Shown: one piece after another, positions 27,940 to 37,322 of the stretch
Numbering within the stretch: position 1 is the first letter of the stretch
Layout: each line of letters opens with the position of its first letter
Assembly (NCBI GenBank): GCA_039028615.1
Contig: JBCCHT010000003.1
Location: forward strand, 288,001 to 352,000
DNA: 64,000 nt
Direction of reading: 5' to 3'
From: Myxococcota bacterium
GTDB lineage: Bacteria > Myxococcota_A > Polyangia > Nannocystales > Nannocystaceae
Position numbers and translations under genes: made by a program
Notes under the pieces: model-generated
What the model was told of the DNA's origin: nothing
Databases searched by the model: none
What the model saw: the letters and a program-made list of their open reading frames with translations, nothing else

Positions 27940-28274
27940 CCTGACCCAATGATTGATGTCTTTACCGTGTCCCAACGTGTCGAACGTATAGGAGCACTTG
28001 CAGGGCAGCAAACGCGCGGATTGGCCCGTAGACTCCGTTCCGCGAGCCGCAACGGCAGTCGGAGAAGATCTCCACTCTCAGGGAATCTCTGATCGAGACA
28101 CTCGATGACAGTGACAGTTTCGATTCGTTGGTCGGACGGCTTACCGACGCGACATCAATGTGCGGTTCGACTGAAGACGCGCAGCAAAGTGGCAGAAAAG
28201 GGCGTCGAACGAGGTGCTCGGTTGGTTCGACTTTTCTCGGCCGCATGCGGTGGGCGTGCTCACGGCCACCTGCA

Positions 28275-29549
28275 CTAAAAACGCAGCCCCGCGGCGAAGC
28301 CCGGCCACCATCGCACCCGGACTCCGCTGTCGACGTACGCTTGCGAGCCCCAGCCGTAGCCGGGTCGAGCGACGGCGGACGAAGTCGAGTCGACGAGCAC
28401 GTTGAAGGTCGGGCCGCCCCAGATGGCAAAGCGCGGTCGTGGTTGCCACGAGACCATGGCGCGGGCCTTGGCCAGGCTGCCCACGGGCGGGGCCGCGCGC
28501 AGGCCCGAGGTCACCACCCAGGCCGAGAGGTCGCCGTCGATCGAAAACTGCTTGCTGACGGGGATGTGACCGCCGTAGCCCATGCCAGCCATCAGCGCGG
28601 TGCCGGGCCGCCGCGTGCCCGCTTCGACGTTGGTGCTCGGCGTCTGTCCGCGGCCCCAGGGATGGAGGCCTCCGGCGAAGAATGCATAGGTGTAGTTGGC
28701 GGGCAGGCGAATGCCGACGTTGATGGCCGCGGTGTCGCTGGTCCACACTTCCGGGTGCACGCCGCCCTTTTTGGTCACGGGCAGCAGCGCGAACGAGGCA
28801 TCGGCCTCCCCCGCGTAGTTGATGAGCCCGAACTGCACGCCGCGAATCTGCCCGCGACTGAGGTTGAGCAGGCCGAACTGGGCGCCGCGGGCCTGGTGCA
28901 CGTGGTTGATGGTGCCGGTCTGGATCCCGCGCAGGTCGTGGGCGTGGTTGTAGAACTGGGCGGCCTGGATCCCGCGGTGTTCGCCGTGCGTGAGGTTGGC
29001 GCCCAGGGCCCACGTGATGCCCTGCGCATCCTCGTCCACGATGGTCGCTCCCATGGCGACCGCCGCTCCCTCGAGGCGATCGACGCGTGACCACAGCAGC
29101 GATGCGCTGAGGGTGTTGCGGATCTTGCCGCCGCGGCGATTCGCTCCGTTGACGCTCAGCGAAGGCGTGACACCGATGTTGATCGGGACGTTCACGTACT
29201 CCGGCGTGGCCGGGGGGGCGGCGGTGGCCGACGGCGTGGGGGTCGGGATGATCGCGGTACGCGGGGGGGTGGATGTCTCGGTCGGCGTCGGGGCAGGCGT
29301 CGCTGCACTCTCGGCCGACGCTGCCGTGGTCGCATCCGAGCCGGGAGCGGGGGCTGTCGCCGCGGCGGGGACCGGAGCGGCCGCGGGAGCGGGGGTGGAC
29401 GCTGGTGCTGCGGTGGCCGCGGGTGCTGGCGCAGGCGCGGGAGCGGGCGCAACGCCGTCAGAACCGGGGGCAGGGGCAGCCAGCGCGGTCACGGGAGCGA
29501 GCATGCCCGCGGCGAGCAGGAGCGAGGGGAGAGGACGGACGAACGCCAT
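28275..29549 (-). CDS. Secreted protein with Pro/Ala linker, GxQxGxxN beta-solenoid repeats (LA_2272-like) and C-terminal barrel ending in Phe
   Basis: GIQAAQFYN, GIQTGTIN, GAQFGLLN and GVQFGLIN repeats. C-terminus WPGFAAGLRF. Confidence 0.75.
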   Translation of the reverse strand: MAFVRPLPSLLLAAGMLAPVTALAAPAPGSDGVAPAPAPAPAPAATAAPASTPAPAAAPVPAAATAPAPGSDATTAASAESAATPAPTPTETSTPPRTAIIPTPTPSATAAPPATPEYVNVPINIGVTPSLSVNGANRRGGKIRNTLSASLLWSRVDRLEGAAVAMGATIVDEDAQGITWALGANLTHGEHRGIQAAQFYNHAHDLRGIQTGTINHVHQARGAQFGLLNLSRGQIRGVQFGLINYAGEADASFALLPVTKKGGVHPEVWTSDTAAINVGIRLPANYTYAFFAGGLHPWGRGQTPSTNVEAGTRRPGTALMAGMGYGGHIPVSKQFSIDGDLSAWVVTSGLRAAPPVGSLAKARAMVSWQPRPRFAIWGGPTFNVLVDSTSSAVARPGYGWGSQAYVDSGVRVRWWPGFAAGLRF

Positions 29550-29811
29550 GGTCACCGGTCGAACACCGACGACGCCGCTGGGTGTCACCGTGCATTCGAC
29601 GCAAAACGACCACCGCCTGCTCGGGTGATCCGCGGCCCCCGCTGGGGGACCTCCACCACCATGGGGGACAACAAATCGCTAACGCGGGGGTCTCGGCCCA
29701 CGCTCATCGCCGTTCGAACCGCCTGCTCGAGGATCGCGGGTCCCACGTGGACTCCGCCGGGCTACGCGGTGATGCGCCGCGCTCCGAGCCCGGTCGGGCC
29801 GATCCCGGCGA

Positions 29812-31851
29812 TCAGCTCGGAGTTTCAAACAACACTTCCACCTCCGAGCCTTTATCCACGGGCCCGGGGGGGTGGCTTTGCATCACGGCGATTCCGGTCC
29901 CGCGCGGCTTCAGAGTTAGTTCCAACCGCTCCGCGACGTCCAGTGCCTCGACGAGGGTGAGCCCGGTGAGGTCGGGAAGCCCGGCGGTGACGCTGGGGCG
30001 GCGCTGCCCGGGGAGCCGCGGCTCGATGTCGGCGGTGGGGGTGAAGCCTTCGACGAGCTTGCTGTTGTCGGCCATGAGCCGGATGGGGTCCAGCGCGGGG
30101 CGGGTGCCGTCCTGCCGCTCGACGCCCAGGTGGGTCATGATGCGCGCGCCCAGCCGCGAGAAGGTGGGCGCGGCGACCTCGTTGCCGTAGTGCCCGCCCT
30201 GGGGGCTGTCGACGGAGACGAGGATGACCACTCGCGGGTCTCCAGAGGGCACGGCACCCACGAACGAGGCGAAGTAGTCGTGCTCGGCGTAGCCGCCCGA
30301 CTCGCGGTTGGCCTTCTGGGCGGTGGAGGTCTTGCCCGCCACCTGGTAGCCATCGATGGCCGCGTTGCGACCGGTGCCCTTGCGGGTGTGAACCACGCTC
30401 TCGAGCATCTCGATGACGGTGCGGGCGGTGGAGCGTCGGACCACGCGCTCGGGCTCGGAGCGGGGCATGTCGATGGGCTCACCGCTGGCGTCGATCACCT
30501 GTCGCACGATGGTGGGCGGGTGGTAGACGCCGCCGTTGGCGAGCACGGAGAAGGCCGCGGCCACCTGCAGCGGGCTGGCGGTCATGCCCTGGCCGAACGA
30601 GATGTTCGCGCCCTTGATGTCCGACCACTCTTCCCAGGGCAGCAAGATGCCCTTGGTGGCGCCGGGCAGCTCGATCTCCGGGCGCTGCCCGAAGTGAAAG
30701 CGGCGCGCCCACTTGTACATGTTCTCCTTGCGGAGGGTCTCGTAGATCTTGGTGGTGCAGATGTTCGACGATACGGCGAGGATCTCGGTGACGCTGAGCC
30801 ATTCCGAGCGCTTGGTGTCCTTGATCGCGTGCTCGTCGGTGTACTGCCACTTGCCGTTCTCGCAGAAGAAGCTCTGGTCCTTGCGGATGGTGCCCTGCTC
30901 GAGCGCGGCGGCCACGGTGATCGCCTTCATCGTCGAGCCGGGCTCGAAGTCGGCCTGCACCGCCTGGTTGACGGTCTGCGAGAGCGTGTCGATGCCGTGG
31001 TTGGGATCGAAGGTGGGGCGGCTGGTGACGGCGAGGACCTCGCCCGTGGCCGGGTTCATCACCACGATGGAGGCGCTGACCGGGGTCCAGTTCTCGACCA
31101 GGGTGTTGATCTCCTCCTCGGCCATGGCCTGGATGGCGGAGTCGATGGTGAGCACCACGGTGTTGCCCCGCGACACGCCCGGATCGGGGAAGCCCTCGAT
31201 GAGCAGCTTCTTGCCGCGGGCGAAGTAGGCGGGGCTCATGGCGTCGCGCCCCCGCAGGAACTGGTCGAGGCCGTACTCGATGCCGAGGTTGCCCTTGCCC
31301 TGGGCGTCGACGCGGCCGAGCACGTGCGATGCGAGCAGCTTGCGCGGGTAGACCCGCACGGGCACGGGCTCGAGGCTCACGCCCGGCAGCTGCTTGTCTC
31401 GCAGCGCCTGGCTCTGGGCGTCGTCGAGCACCATCCGCAGGCGCCGGTAGGCCTTGTCGCGGTGCAGCTCCTTTTGCAGGTACTCGACGTCCTCGTCCGG
31501 GAACAGCTCGAGCATGGCCGCGATGATCTCGTCTTCGTGACCCTGGGCGGTGATGAGCCGCGGGTTGAGCACGACCTTGTGCACGCGGTCGGTGACCGCC
31601 AGCGAGATGTAGCTGCGGTCGACGATGTCGCCGCGGCTGGCCTTGACCTTGTAGCTGCGCAGCTGCTGGCGGTTGCCTTGCTCCGCGTACTCGTCGTGGT
31701 GGGTCACGGCGACCGCCCACGAGCGCAGGCCCAGGCCGAACAAGCCCAGCATGAGGGCGCCCGCCACCAGCCAGCCGCGACGATGCACGGCCCGCAGATC
31801 GCTGGCCATCGGCCGCATCATGAGTTCTTGGGAGCGTCGCAGGAGGTTCAT
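29812..31851 (-). CDS. ftsI: Class B penicillin-binding protein (FtsI/PBP3) with C-terminal PASTA domain
   Basis: RGDIVDR, RVYP, GIEY, LTIDS.IQ, FEPGSTMK (SxxK), SSN and KTST. Follows rsmH-ftsL. Confidence 0.9.
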   Translation of the reverse strand: MNLLRRSQELMMRPMASDLRAVHRRGWLVAGALMLGLFGLGLRSWAVAVTHHDEYAEQGNRQQLRSYKVKASRGDIVDRSYISLAVTDRVHKVVLNPRLITAQGHEDEIIAAMLELFPDEDVEYLQKELHRDKAYRRLRMVLDDAQSQALRDKQLPGVSLEPVPVRVYPRKLLASHVLGRVDAQGKGNLGIEYGLDQFLRGRDAMSPAYFARGKKLLIEGFPDPGVSRGNTVVLTIDSAIQAMAEEEINTLVENWTPVSASIVVMNPATGEVLAVTSRPTFDPNHGIDTLSQTVNQAVQADFEPGSTMKAITVAAALEQGTIRKDQSFFCENGKWQYTDEHAIKDTKRSEWLSVTEILAVSSNICTTKIYETLRKENMYKWARRFHFGQRPEIELPGATKGILLPWEEWSDIKGANISFGQGMTASPLQVAAAFSVLANGGVYHPPTIVRQVIDASGEPIDMPRSEPERVVRRSTARTVIEMLESVVHTRKGTGRNAAIDGYQVAGKTSTAQKANRESGGYAEHDYFASFVGAVPSGDPRVVILVSVDSPQGGHYGNEVAAPTFSRLGARIMTHLGVERQDGTRPALDPIRLMADNSKLVEGFTPTADIEPRLPGQRRPSVTAGLPDLTGLTLVEALDVAERLELTLKPRGTGIAVMQSHPPGPVDKGSEVEVLFETPS

Positions 31852-32297
31852 GGCTGGGTCTCCTCGAGGAGGCGAATGGGCTGCACGAGGTCGGGAGACA
31901 TCGGCACCATCTGGAGTCGGTTGCGGGCGACCTCACCGATATGGTTGGGGTGTCGCAGGTAGGCGCGCTCGGCCGCGAGTCGACGGCGCTCGTCGAGCAG
32001 CCGCGCCTGTTCGGAGGTGAGCTCGGTGATCTCGGCGCCCATCTCGAGCACCCGCGTGGTTGCGTGCACCCGAGCGATGCCGATGGCGGCGAAGACGGCC
32101 ACGATCACCGTGAGCAGCAACGAGGTGCCGGCCGGGGCCCGCCGACGGTCGCGAAGCGTGGGCGCAGCGCTGGCGGCCGGTTGATCGGAGGAGCGCTGCC
32201 AGCCGTGCGGGCGTGCCTCGGCTTTTTGTTGTCGGCGCCGCCGCACGGGCGCGTCGGGCTCTTGGTTGGCAGGAGGCATGGACGAGGAGGGGTTCAT
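31848..32297 (-). CDS. ftsL: Cell division protein FtsL-like
   Basis: Single TM followed by a coiled coil (LRHPNHIGEVARNRLQM..P). Sits between rsmH and ftsI with 4-nt overlaps. Confidence 0.75.
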   Translation of the reverse strand: MNPSSSMPPANQEPDAPVRRRRQQKAEARPHGWQRSSDQPAASAAPTLRDRRRAPAGTSLLLTVIVAVFAAIGIARVHATTRVLEMGAEITELTSEQARLLDERRRLAAERAYLRHPNHIGEVARNRLQMVPMSPDLVQPIRLLEETQP

Positions 32298-33262
32298 GGG
32301 GCGCAGCGCTCCAGCACGCGGAGGCGGGCGCTTCGCGCCCGCGGGTTGGCTTCGGTCTCCTGGGAGCTCGGTCGGACCCCGCCGCTGAACTCGGCTGGAA
32401 TCGCGAACCGAGCCTGCGGCAGCTCGTCGGCGGTCAAGGGAAGGTGAGGCGGGGGCTGGGGCGGGCGGCTGAGCGCTCGCCACCGTCGCTTGACCCGTCG
32501 GTCCTCGAGAGAGTGAAAGGTGATCACGGCCACGCGCCCCCCGACCTCGAGGCACGAAGGGGCGTCTTCCAAGAAGCGATCGAGCTGGCCGAGCTCGTCG
32601 TTGACCTCGATGCGCAGCGCCTGGAACGCCCGGGTCGCGGGATGGATGCGCACGCCGAGCTTGCGACGCTCGCGATGGCTGGTGGCCTCGGTGACCGCCT
32701 TGGCCAGCTCGCGGGTGGTGGTGGGTCGAGCCTCGAGGATCGCGGCGGCGATGCGGCGAGGCTCGGGCTGCTCCCCGAACTCGCGCAAAATTCGCGTGAG
32801 CTGCTCGAGGTCGCAGCTGGCGATGAGCTCGGCCGCACTCTGGCCCCGCGTGGGGTCCATGCGCATGTCCAGGGGTCCGTCGCCGCGAAACGAGAACCCG
32901 CGCTCGGCCTGATCGAGCTGCATCGACGACACGCCGAGGTCGGCCACGATCCCCGTGACGCGCTCGAGCCCCAGCTCGGCCAGGGATTCCAGGAGGGTGG
33001 CGAACCCCGCATGCACGAAGTGAAGCGGGCACGCAGCGCCCTGCAGCCGCGCCCGGGCCTGCGCCAACGCGTGAGGATCCCGGTCGAAGAGGATGGCCTG
33101 CGTCGGCGTCGTGGCTTCGAGCAGCGCCTTGGTGTGGCCGCCCAGGCCCGCCGTGGCGTCCACGAGCACGCGTGCGGGCGCCTGGCCCCCCAAGCAGGGT
33201 CCGAGGGCGGCGCAGACCTCGTCCGCCAGCACCGAAATGTGAGCTACGCCAGACTCGCTCAT
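32294..33262 (-). CDS. rsmH: 16S rRNA m4C1402 methyltransferase
   Basis: DATAGLGGH, DLGVSSMQLD, PLDMRMD, FQALRIEVNDEL, ITFHSLEDR and NPRARSARLR. Confidence 0.97.
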   Translation of the reverse strand: MSESGVAHISVLADEVCAALGPCLGGQAPARVLVDATAGLGGHTKALLEATTPTQAILFDRDPHALAQARARLQGAACPLHFVHAGFATLLESLAELGLERVTGIVADLGVSSMQLDQAERGFSFRGDGPLDMRMDPTRGQSAAELIASCDLEQLTRILREFGEQPEPRRIAAAILEARPTTTRELAKAVTEATSHRERRKLGVRIHPATRAFQALRIEVNDELGQLDRFLEDAPSCLEVGGRVAVITFHSLEDRRVKRRWRALSRPPQPPPHLPLTADELPQARFAIPAEFSGGVRPSSQETEANPRARSARLRVLERCAP

Positions 33263-33369
33263 GGCCGCCGAACCGCCACGTGCCCATTTTTCGGCGTGCG
33301 GGTCAAATTTTTGGAGGCCGCGGAGGGGGGGATTTCTTCTTGGATCCCGAGCGTTTAGGTGATCGATGG

Positions 33370-33398
33370 TTGACCGCGCGCGGGCGACCCAGTAGCGT
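33370..33398 (+). promoter_or_regulatory. Putative sigma70 promoter of fic-ribA
   Basis: TTGACC-N17-TAGCGT. Confidence 0.5.
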
Positions 33399-33501
33399 GC
33401 GCCCGGATTTCGCCGGCCCCTTCGGAGCGGACGAGTGTGCAGCGAAGGGGCTGCCCGCGTTTCCCGAGGCTCGGCGACCCCAGCCGGACCTCCACATCAA
33501 G

Positions 33502-34272
33502 ATGATTCCGCCCCGCAGCAGGAACTATCGCCAGCTTCACGAAGCCTCTGAATTGCTTTGGGAGAAGCTCGGCATGCTGTCTCCTCGGCAACGTCAGAGT
33601 TTCGACGAGCGCTTCCTTATGTCGTGGGTCTATCACGACTTCGCGCTCGAGGGCTCGGTGCTCCACGTGGCCGAGATCAAGGCGGCCACCGATGACGAGA
33701 TCATCAGCGCGCCCAGCCTGATCCCCGCGTACAACCACATCGTGGCCGTGCGCGATGGCATTCGCTACGTGCTCGACTCCCGGGGCAAGCGGCTGACCCT
33801 GAACCTCGACTGGCTCAAGAAGCTGCACCAGCTGCTGCTGCCCGCCGATAAGAAGGATCAGGTCCAGTACCGCAAGGACAACCCGATCCACCGCATGTAC
33901 TTCCACGACCTCGCCCCCGCGGACAAGATCAGCTACCGCATGCGCAAGCTGACCGATTGGTTCCGCACAGAGGAGTGCAAGCGGGCCCACCCGCTGGAGC
34001 TGGCGGTCGAGGTGCACCGCGAGGTCATTCGCATCTTCCCGTGGCCCGAGATCAGCGGGCGCGTCGCCCGCCTCGCCATGAACCATATCCTGTGCAACGA
34101 AGGCTACTGGCCGGCCACGATCCACGCGATCGATCGCCAGCGGTACTACGATGTGTTGCGCCTAGACCAAGATCAGCTACTTAACCTCGTCGTAAGCAGC
34201 GTCGAACAAGGCGTCCAGTCCTCGAACAAGCTGTACCAGGACATCGTCGACGCGACCCGGGCTTCTCGTTAG
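33502..34272 (+). CDS. Fic/DOC family protein with degenerate catalytic motif
   Basis: YHDFALEG (inhibitory-helix-like), HPLELA..H, and IFPWPEISGRVARL in place of HPFxDGNGRxxR. Confidence 0.82.
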   Translation: MIPPRSRNYRQLHEASELLWEKLGMLSPRQRQSFDERFLMSWVYHDFALEGSVLHVAEIKAATDDEIISAPSLIPAYNHIVAVRDGIRYVLDSRGKRLTLNLDWLKKLHQLLLPADKKDQVQYRKDNPIHRMYFHDLAPADKISYRMRKLTDWFRTEECKRAHPLELAVEVHREVIRIFPWPEISGRVARLAMNHILCNEGYWPATIHAIDRQRYYDVLRLDQDQLLNLVVSSVEQGVQSSNKLYQDIVDATRASR

Positions 34273-34284
34273 CGAGCGTCCCTC

Positions 34285-34941
34285 ATGCGCATCCCACCCT
34301 TCAACGCGGCCCTCCAACTCGTTCCTCGACGGTTGCCTTCCGTATCGGTGCTCGCTCGGGCCAAGCTGCCCACCAAACACGGCGATTTCGAGATCGTCGC
34401 GTTCGAGACCGAAGATGGCCATCGCCTCGACGATATCGCGGTGGTGAAGGGCAACGTGAAGGAAGCGATGGAGGTCCCGGTGCGCGTGCACTCGGAGTGC
34501 CTCACCGGGGACGTGCTGGGCTCTGTTCGCTGCGATTGCGGCGAGCAGCTCGAGGAGGCGCTCAAGCGCATCGCCCACGCCGAGCACGGCATCATCCTCT
34601 ACATGCGCCAAGAGGGGCGGGGCATCGGCATCGCGAACAAGGTGCGGGCCTACGCGCTCCAAGACGGAGGGCTCGATACCGTCGATGCCAACCGTCACCT
34701 CGGCTTCGACGACGACCTCCGTCGCTACGACGTCGCCGCGGCCATGCTCTCCTCGCTCGAGGTCGGCTCCATCGAGCTGCACACGAACAACCCCAACAAG
34801 GTCGAGGGGCTCCGCGAGGCGGGGATCGAGGTCACCGTCCGGGTGCCGCTGCAGATTGCCGCCCGCGAGCAGAACCGGCACTACCTCGCCACCAAGCGCG
34901 AGCGCTCGGGCCACCTGCTCGACCTCGACGACGAATCCTGA
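34285..34941 (+). CDS. ribA: GTP cyclohydrolase II
   Basis: VRVHSECLTGD...SVRCDCGEQL, QEGRGIG, DTVDAN, TNNP.K and YLATK...GH. Confidence 0.96.
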   Translation: MRIPPFNAALQLVPRRLPSVSVLARAKLPTKHGDFEIVAFETEDGHRLDDIAVVKGNVKEAMEVPVRVHSECLTGDVLGSVRCDCGEQLEEALKRIAHAEHGIILYMRQEGRGIGIANKVRAYALQDGGLDTVDANRHLGFDDDLRRYDVAAAMLSSLEVGSIELHTNNPNKVEGLREAGIEVTVRVPLQIAAREQNRHYLATKRERSGHLLDLDDES

Positions 34942-35025
34942 GGGCCGAGCCCCTTCGAAACGAAGGACGCCTCGCTCGAGCATGGCTCGGAGCAAGGCGT
35001 CCTCTTCGTTGGTGCGTACGAGGTT

Positions 35026-35376
35026 TTAGTACCGGCCGCGATCGCGTCCGCCACCGCCGTAGCCACCACCTCGGCCGCCGCGATCGCGACCGCCGAAGCC
35101 ACCGCCACCGCCACCGCCGCCCCGCGGGCGTCGCTCCTCGGCCTCGTTGACGCGGAGGTCACGGCCGTCGAGGTTGGCGCCGTTCATGCCTTCGACGGCC
35201 GCCTGAGCGGCTTGCTCGGTGTCGAGGGTCACGAAGCCGAAGCCACGCGAACGACCGGTCTCACGATCGGTGATGATCTTGGTGTCGGAAACCACTCCAT
35301 AGTTCTCGAAGGCGCCGCGGAGGCTTTCTTCGGTCGTGTTGAAGGAGAGGTTGCCCACGAAGAGTCGGTTCTTCAT
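35026..35376 (-). CDS. RRM RNA-binding protein with Gly-rich tail
   Basis: RNP2 LFVGNL, RNP1 RGFGFV and RGG-rich C-terminus. Confidence 0.95.
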   Translation of the reverse strand: MKNRLFVGNLSFNTTEESLRGAFENYGVVSDTKIITDRETGRSRGFGFVTLDTEQAAQAAVEGMNGANLDGRDLRVNEAEERRPRGGGGGGGGFGGRDRGGRGGGYGGGGRDRGRY

Positions 35377-35705
35377 TCTGTCTCGTCTCGCATTCGGCCC
35401 CGAGCCACCCCCGAAGGCGTGGTGCTCGTCATCGCTCGATCGAAGGGGCCGTGAGCCTCGACCGAGCCAGGGTGCAGCGGGTTCGCTGCTCGGAATCGTC
35501 GCCAGGGATCGGTACGGGCTTCGGTCTCGGACCGGGCCGTGACCGAGGGGGTCGTCACGACGTTCCGGGGGCTACGGGGCTATCCCGTGGTCGGAATCCT
35601 GTCAATCCGAGGCGGTGCAGGTGGCTCGACTCGGGCCGACTCGATCGCACGGTGGTTGCCGCAGCAGTAAGCGCGGTGACCTCGGGGCTCGATGGCGAAA
35701 CGTGT

Positions 35706-37322
35706 TCACGGTCGAGCGCAGCTCCGGGCGTCGCTCCAGCGACGGGCCAACCGGTCGACGGCTATCGTCAGCACGATCATGGCCAGAGCTTGCAGCGTGG
35801 CCTCACCGAGGCGCCAGTAGGTCACGCTCGAGTGGAAGGCGTCGCCCAGGCCACCCGCCCCCACGATCCCCACGATGAGCCCCGCGCGGAGGTTGGACTC
35901 GGCTTGGAGCGAGACGTGGGTCCGCAGGGTCGGAGCGATTTCTGGCGCCACGCCCCACACGAAGTCCGCCCGGGGGGTGCCGAGTCGGCGGGGCTCGAGG
36001 CGAGCGGCCGGTACGGTGTGCACCGCTTCGACGAATAGGCGTGACAGCAGGCCGAACGAGTGCACGGTGATGGCCGCGATCGCAGCCAGCGGTCCCACGT
36101 GCAAGGCCACGCCGAACAGCAGCAGCCATACGACGTCGGGAATCGCCCGGGCGAGCAAGGCAGCCGCATCGGTGGCGACGCGGGCGCTCGTATTCAGGGC
36201 GCGCGGGAGAGCGCCGCGGGGCGAGACGTGGCGAGGCACGAGCCACAGCCCGAACAGACTCGTGAGCGCGGCGATACCCGTGGCCAGGTAGGCCGTGCTC
36301 AGCGGCACTGCGGCGTCGCGGGCCAGCGCGGTGAGGGTGGCCAGGTCCAGGCTCACGGACGAAGCGTTTCCGGCGGTGGCGCGCAGGAACGCGGTGTCCA
36401 GGCGCAGCAGCTCGTCCCACGCGGTCTGGGTCGCGGAGGCCAGGGGCAGGGCGGTGAGCAGCAAGCCCGAACCGATCAGCATGGGCATGCGGAAGCGCTG
36501 CGGTCGGGGGCGGGTCGGCGAGGCCTTGGCGATGTGCTTGGAGACGAGGTCGGAGAGGGCGGTCAGCCCGAGCAGGAACAGCAGCAGCGTGGTCACCCGA
36601 TCGTAGCGACCGAAGCCGAGCTCCTCGAACAGCGCTGCGCCCAGGCCTCCGCCACCCACGATGCCGATCACCGACGCGTTGCGCATGCTGCATTCGAGGC
36701 GAAGCAGCGTATACGAGAGCATGGGGCCGGCCGCCGCGGGGACGTGGCCCCACAGCGCGACGGTGAGCCGCGAGCTCCCCGTCAGCTCGACCGCCCGCGT
36801 GCGACGAAGCGGGGTCGAGTCGAGCAGCTGGCTGTAGATCTTGCCGAGCAGGCCCGTCACGCTGATGGCGATGGCCAGGGCTCCGGTGACCGGCCCTGCG
36901 CCGATGAACACGAGCACCACCAGCGCCCAGGCGAAGTCGGGCACGGCTCGCAGCCCATCGAGGATCAACCGGACGAGCTCGACTCGGGCGTGACGCCAGC
37001 GGCGGGGAGGACGACCGGGCACGTGGGCGATGCGATGGCTGGCTCCGAGGGCGAGCACGAAGCCCGCCGCTGCACCCAAGGCCGTGCCCCAGGTGGCCAC
37101 GGCGACCGTCTGGATCGTCAGCTCCAGCCCTTGGGTGAGCGCCTCGGTGCTCAGGTCGGGACTCGACAGGGCGGCGATCAGGGGGCGAGCCCGTGCCCAC
37201 GCGCCGTCGAGCCGAGCCGGGCCTAGGCCCGCGCCCGAGCCGAGCCAGGCCAACGCCGTGGCCACGAGGACGACGACCCCGGTGACCCAAGGCAGCCGAG
37301 GCCGCGATGTCGGGGTGCTCAT
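35706..37322 (-). CDS. phnE: PhnE/PtxC-type ABC permease, two fused permease domains
   Basis: Two copies of the R(A/S)(V/I)PD, G.L.(K/R) and R...I.GIVG.GGLG motifs. Confidence 0.85.
   Translation of the reverse strand: MSTPTSRPRLPWVTGVVVLVATALAWLGSGAGLGPARLDGAWARARPLIAALSSPDLSTEALTQGLELTIQTVAVATWGTALGAAAGFVLALGASHRIAHVPGRPPRRWRHARVELVRLILDGLRAVPDFAWALVVLVFIGAGPVTGALAIAISVTGLLGKIYSQLLDSTPLRRTRAVELTGSSRLTVALWGHVPAAAGPMLSYTLLRLECSMRNASVIGIVGGGGLGAALFEELGFGRYDRVTTLLLFLLGLTALSDLVSKHIAKASPTRPRPQRFRMPMLIGSGLLLTALPLASATQTAWDELLRLDTAFLRATAGNASSVSLDLATLTALARDAAVPLSTAYLATGIAALTSLFGLWLVPRHVSPRGALPRALNTSARVATDAAALLARAIPDVVWLLLFGVALHVGPLAAIAAITVHSFGLLSRLFVEAVHTVPAARLEPRRLGTPRADFVWGVAPEIAPTLRTHVSLQAESNLRAGLIVGIVGAGGLGDAFHSSVTYWRLGEATLQALAMIVLTIAVDRLARRWSDARSCARP

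Noticed and set aside
28130..28240. tRNA-like GGTTCGA motifs
   Set aside because: No cloverleaf, acceptor stem or D-arm.
31848..33287. Apparent long N-terminal extensions of ftsL (also phnC 37319-39205, the regulator 47338-49086, and 5084-6577)
   Set aside because: The extensions are Arg/Pro-rich alternative frames of the upstream gene. True starts overlap the upstream stop or follow an RBS, so there is no evidence of frameshift fusions.
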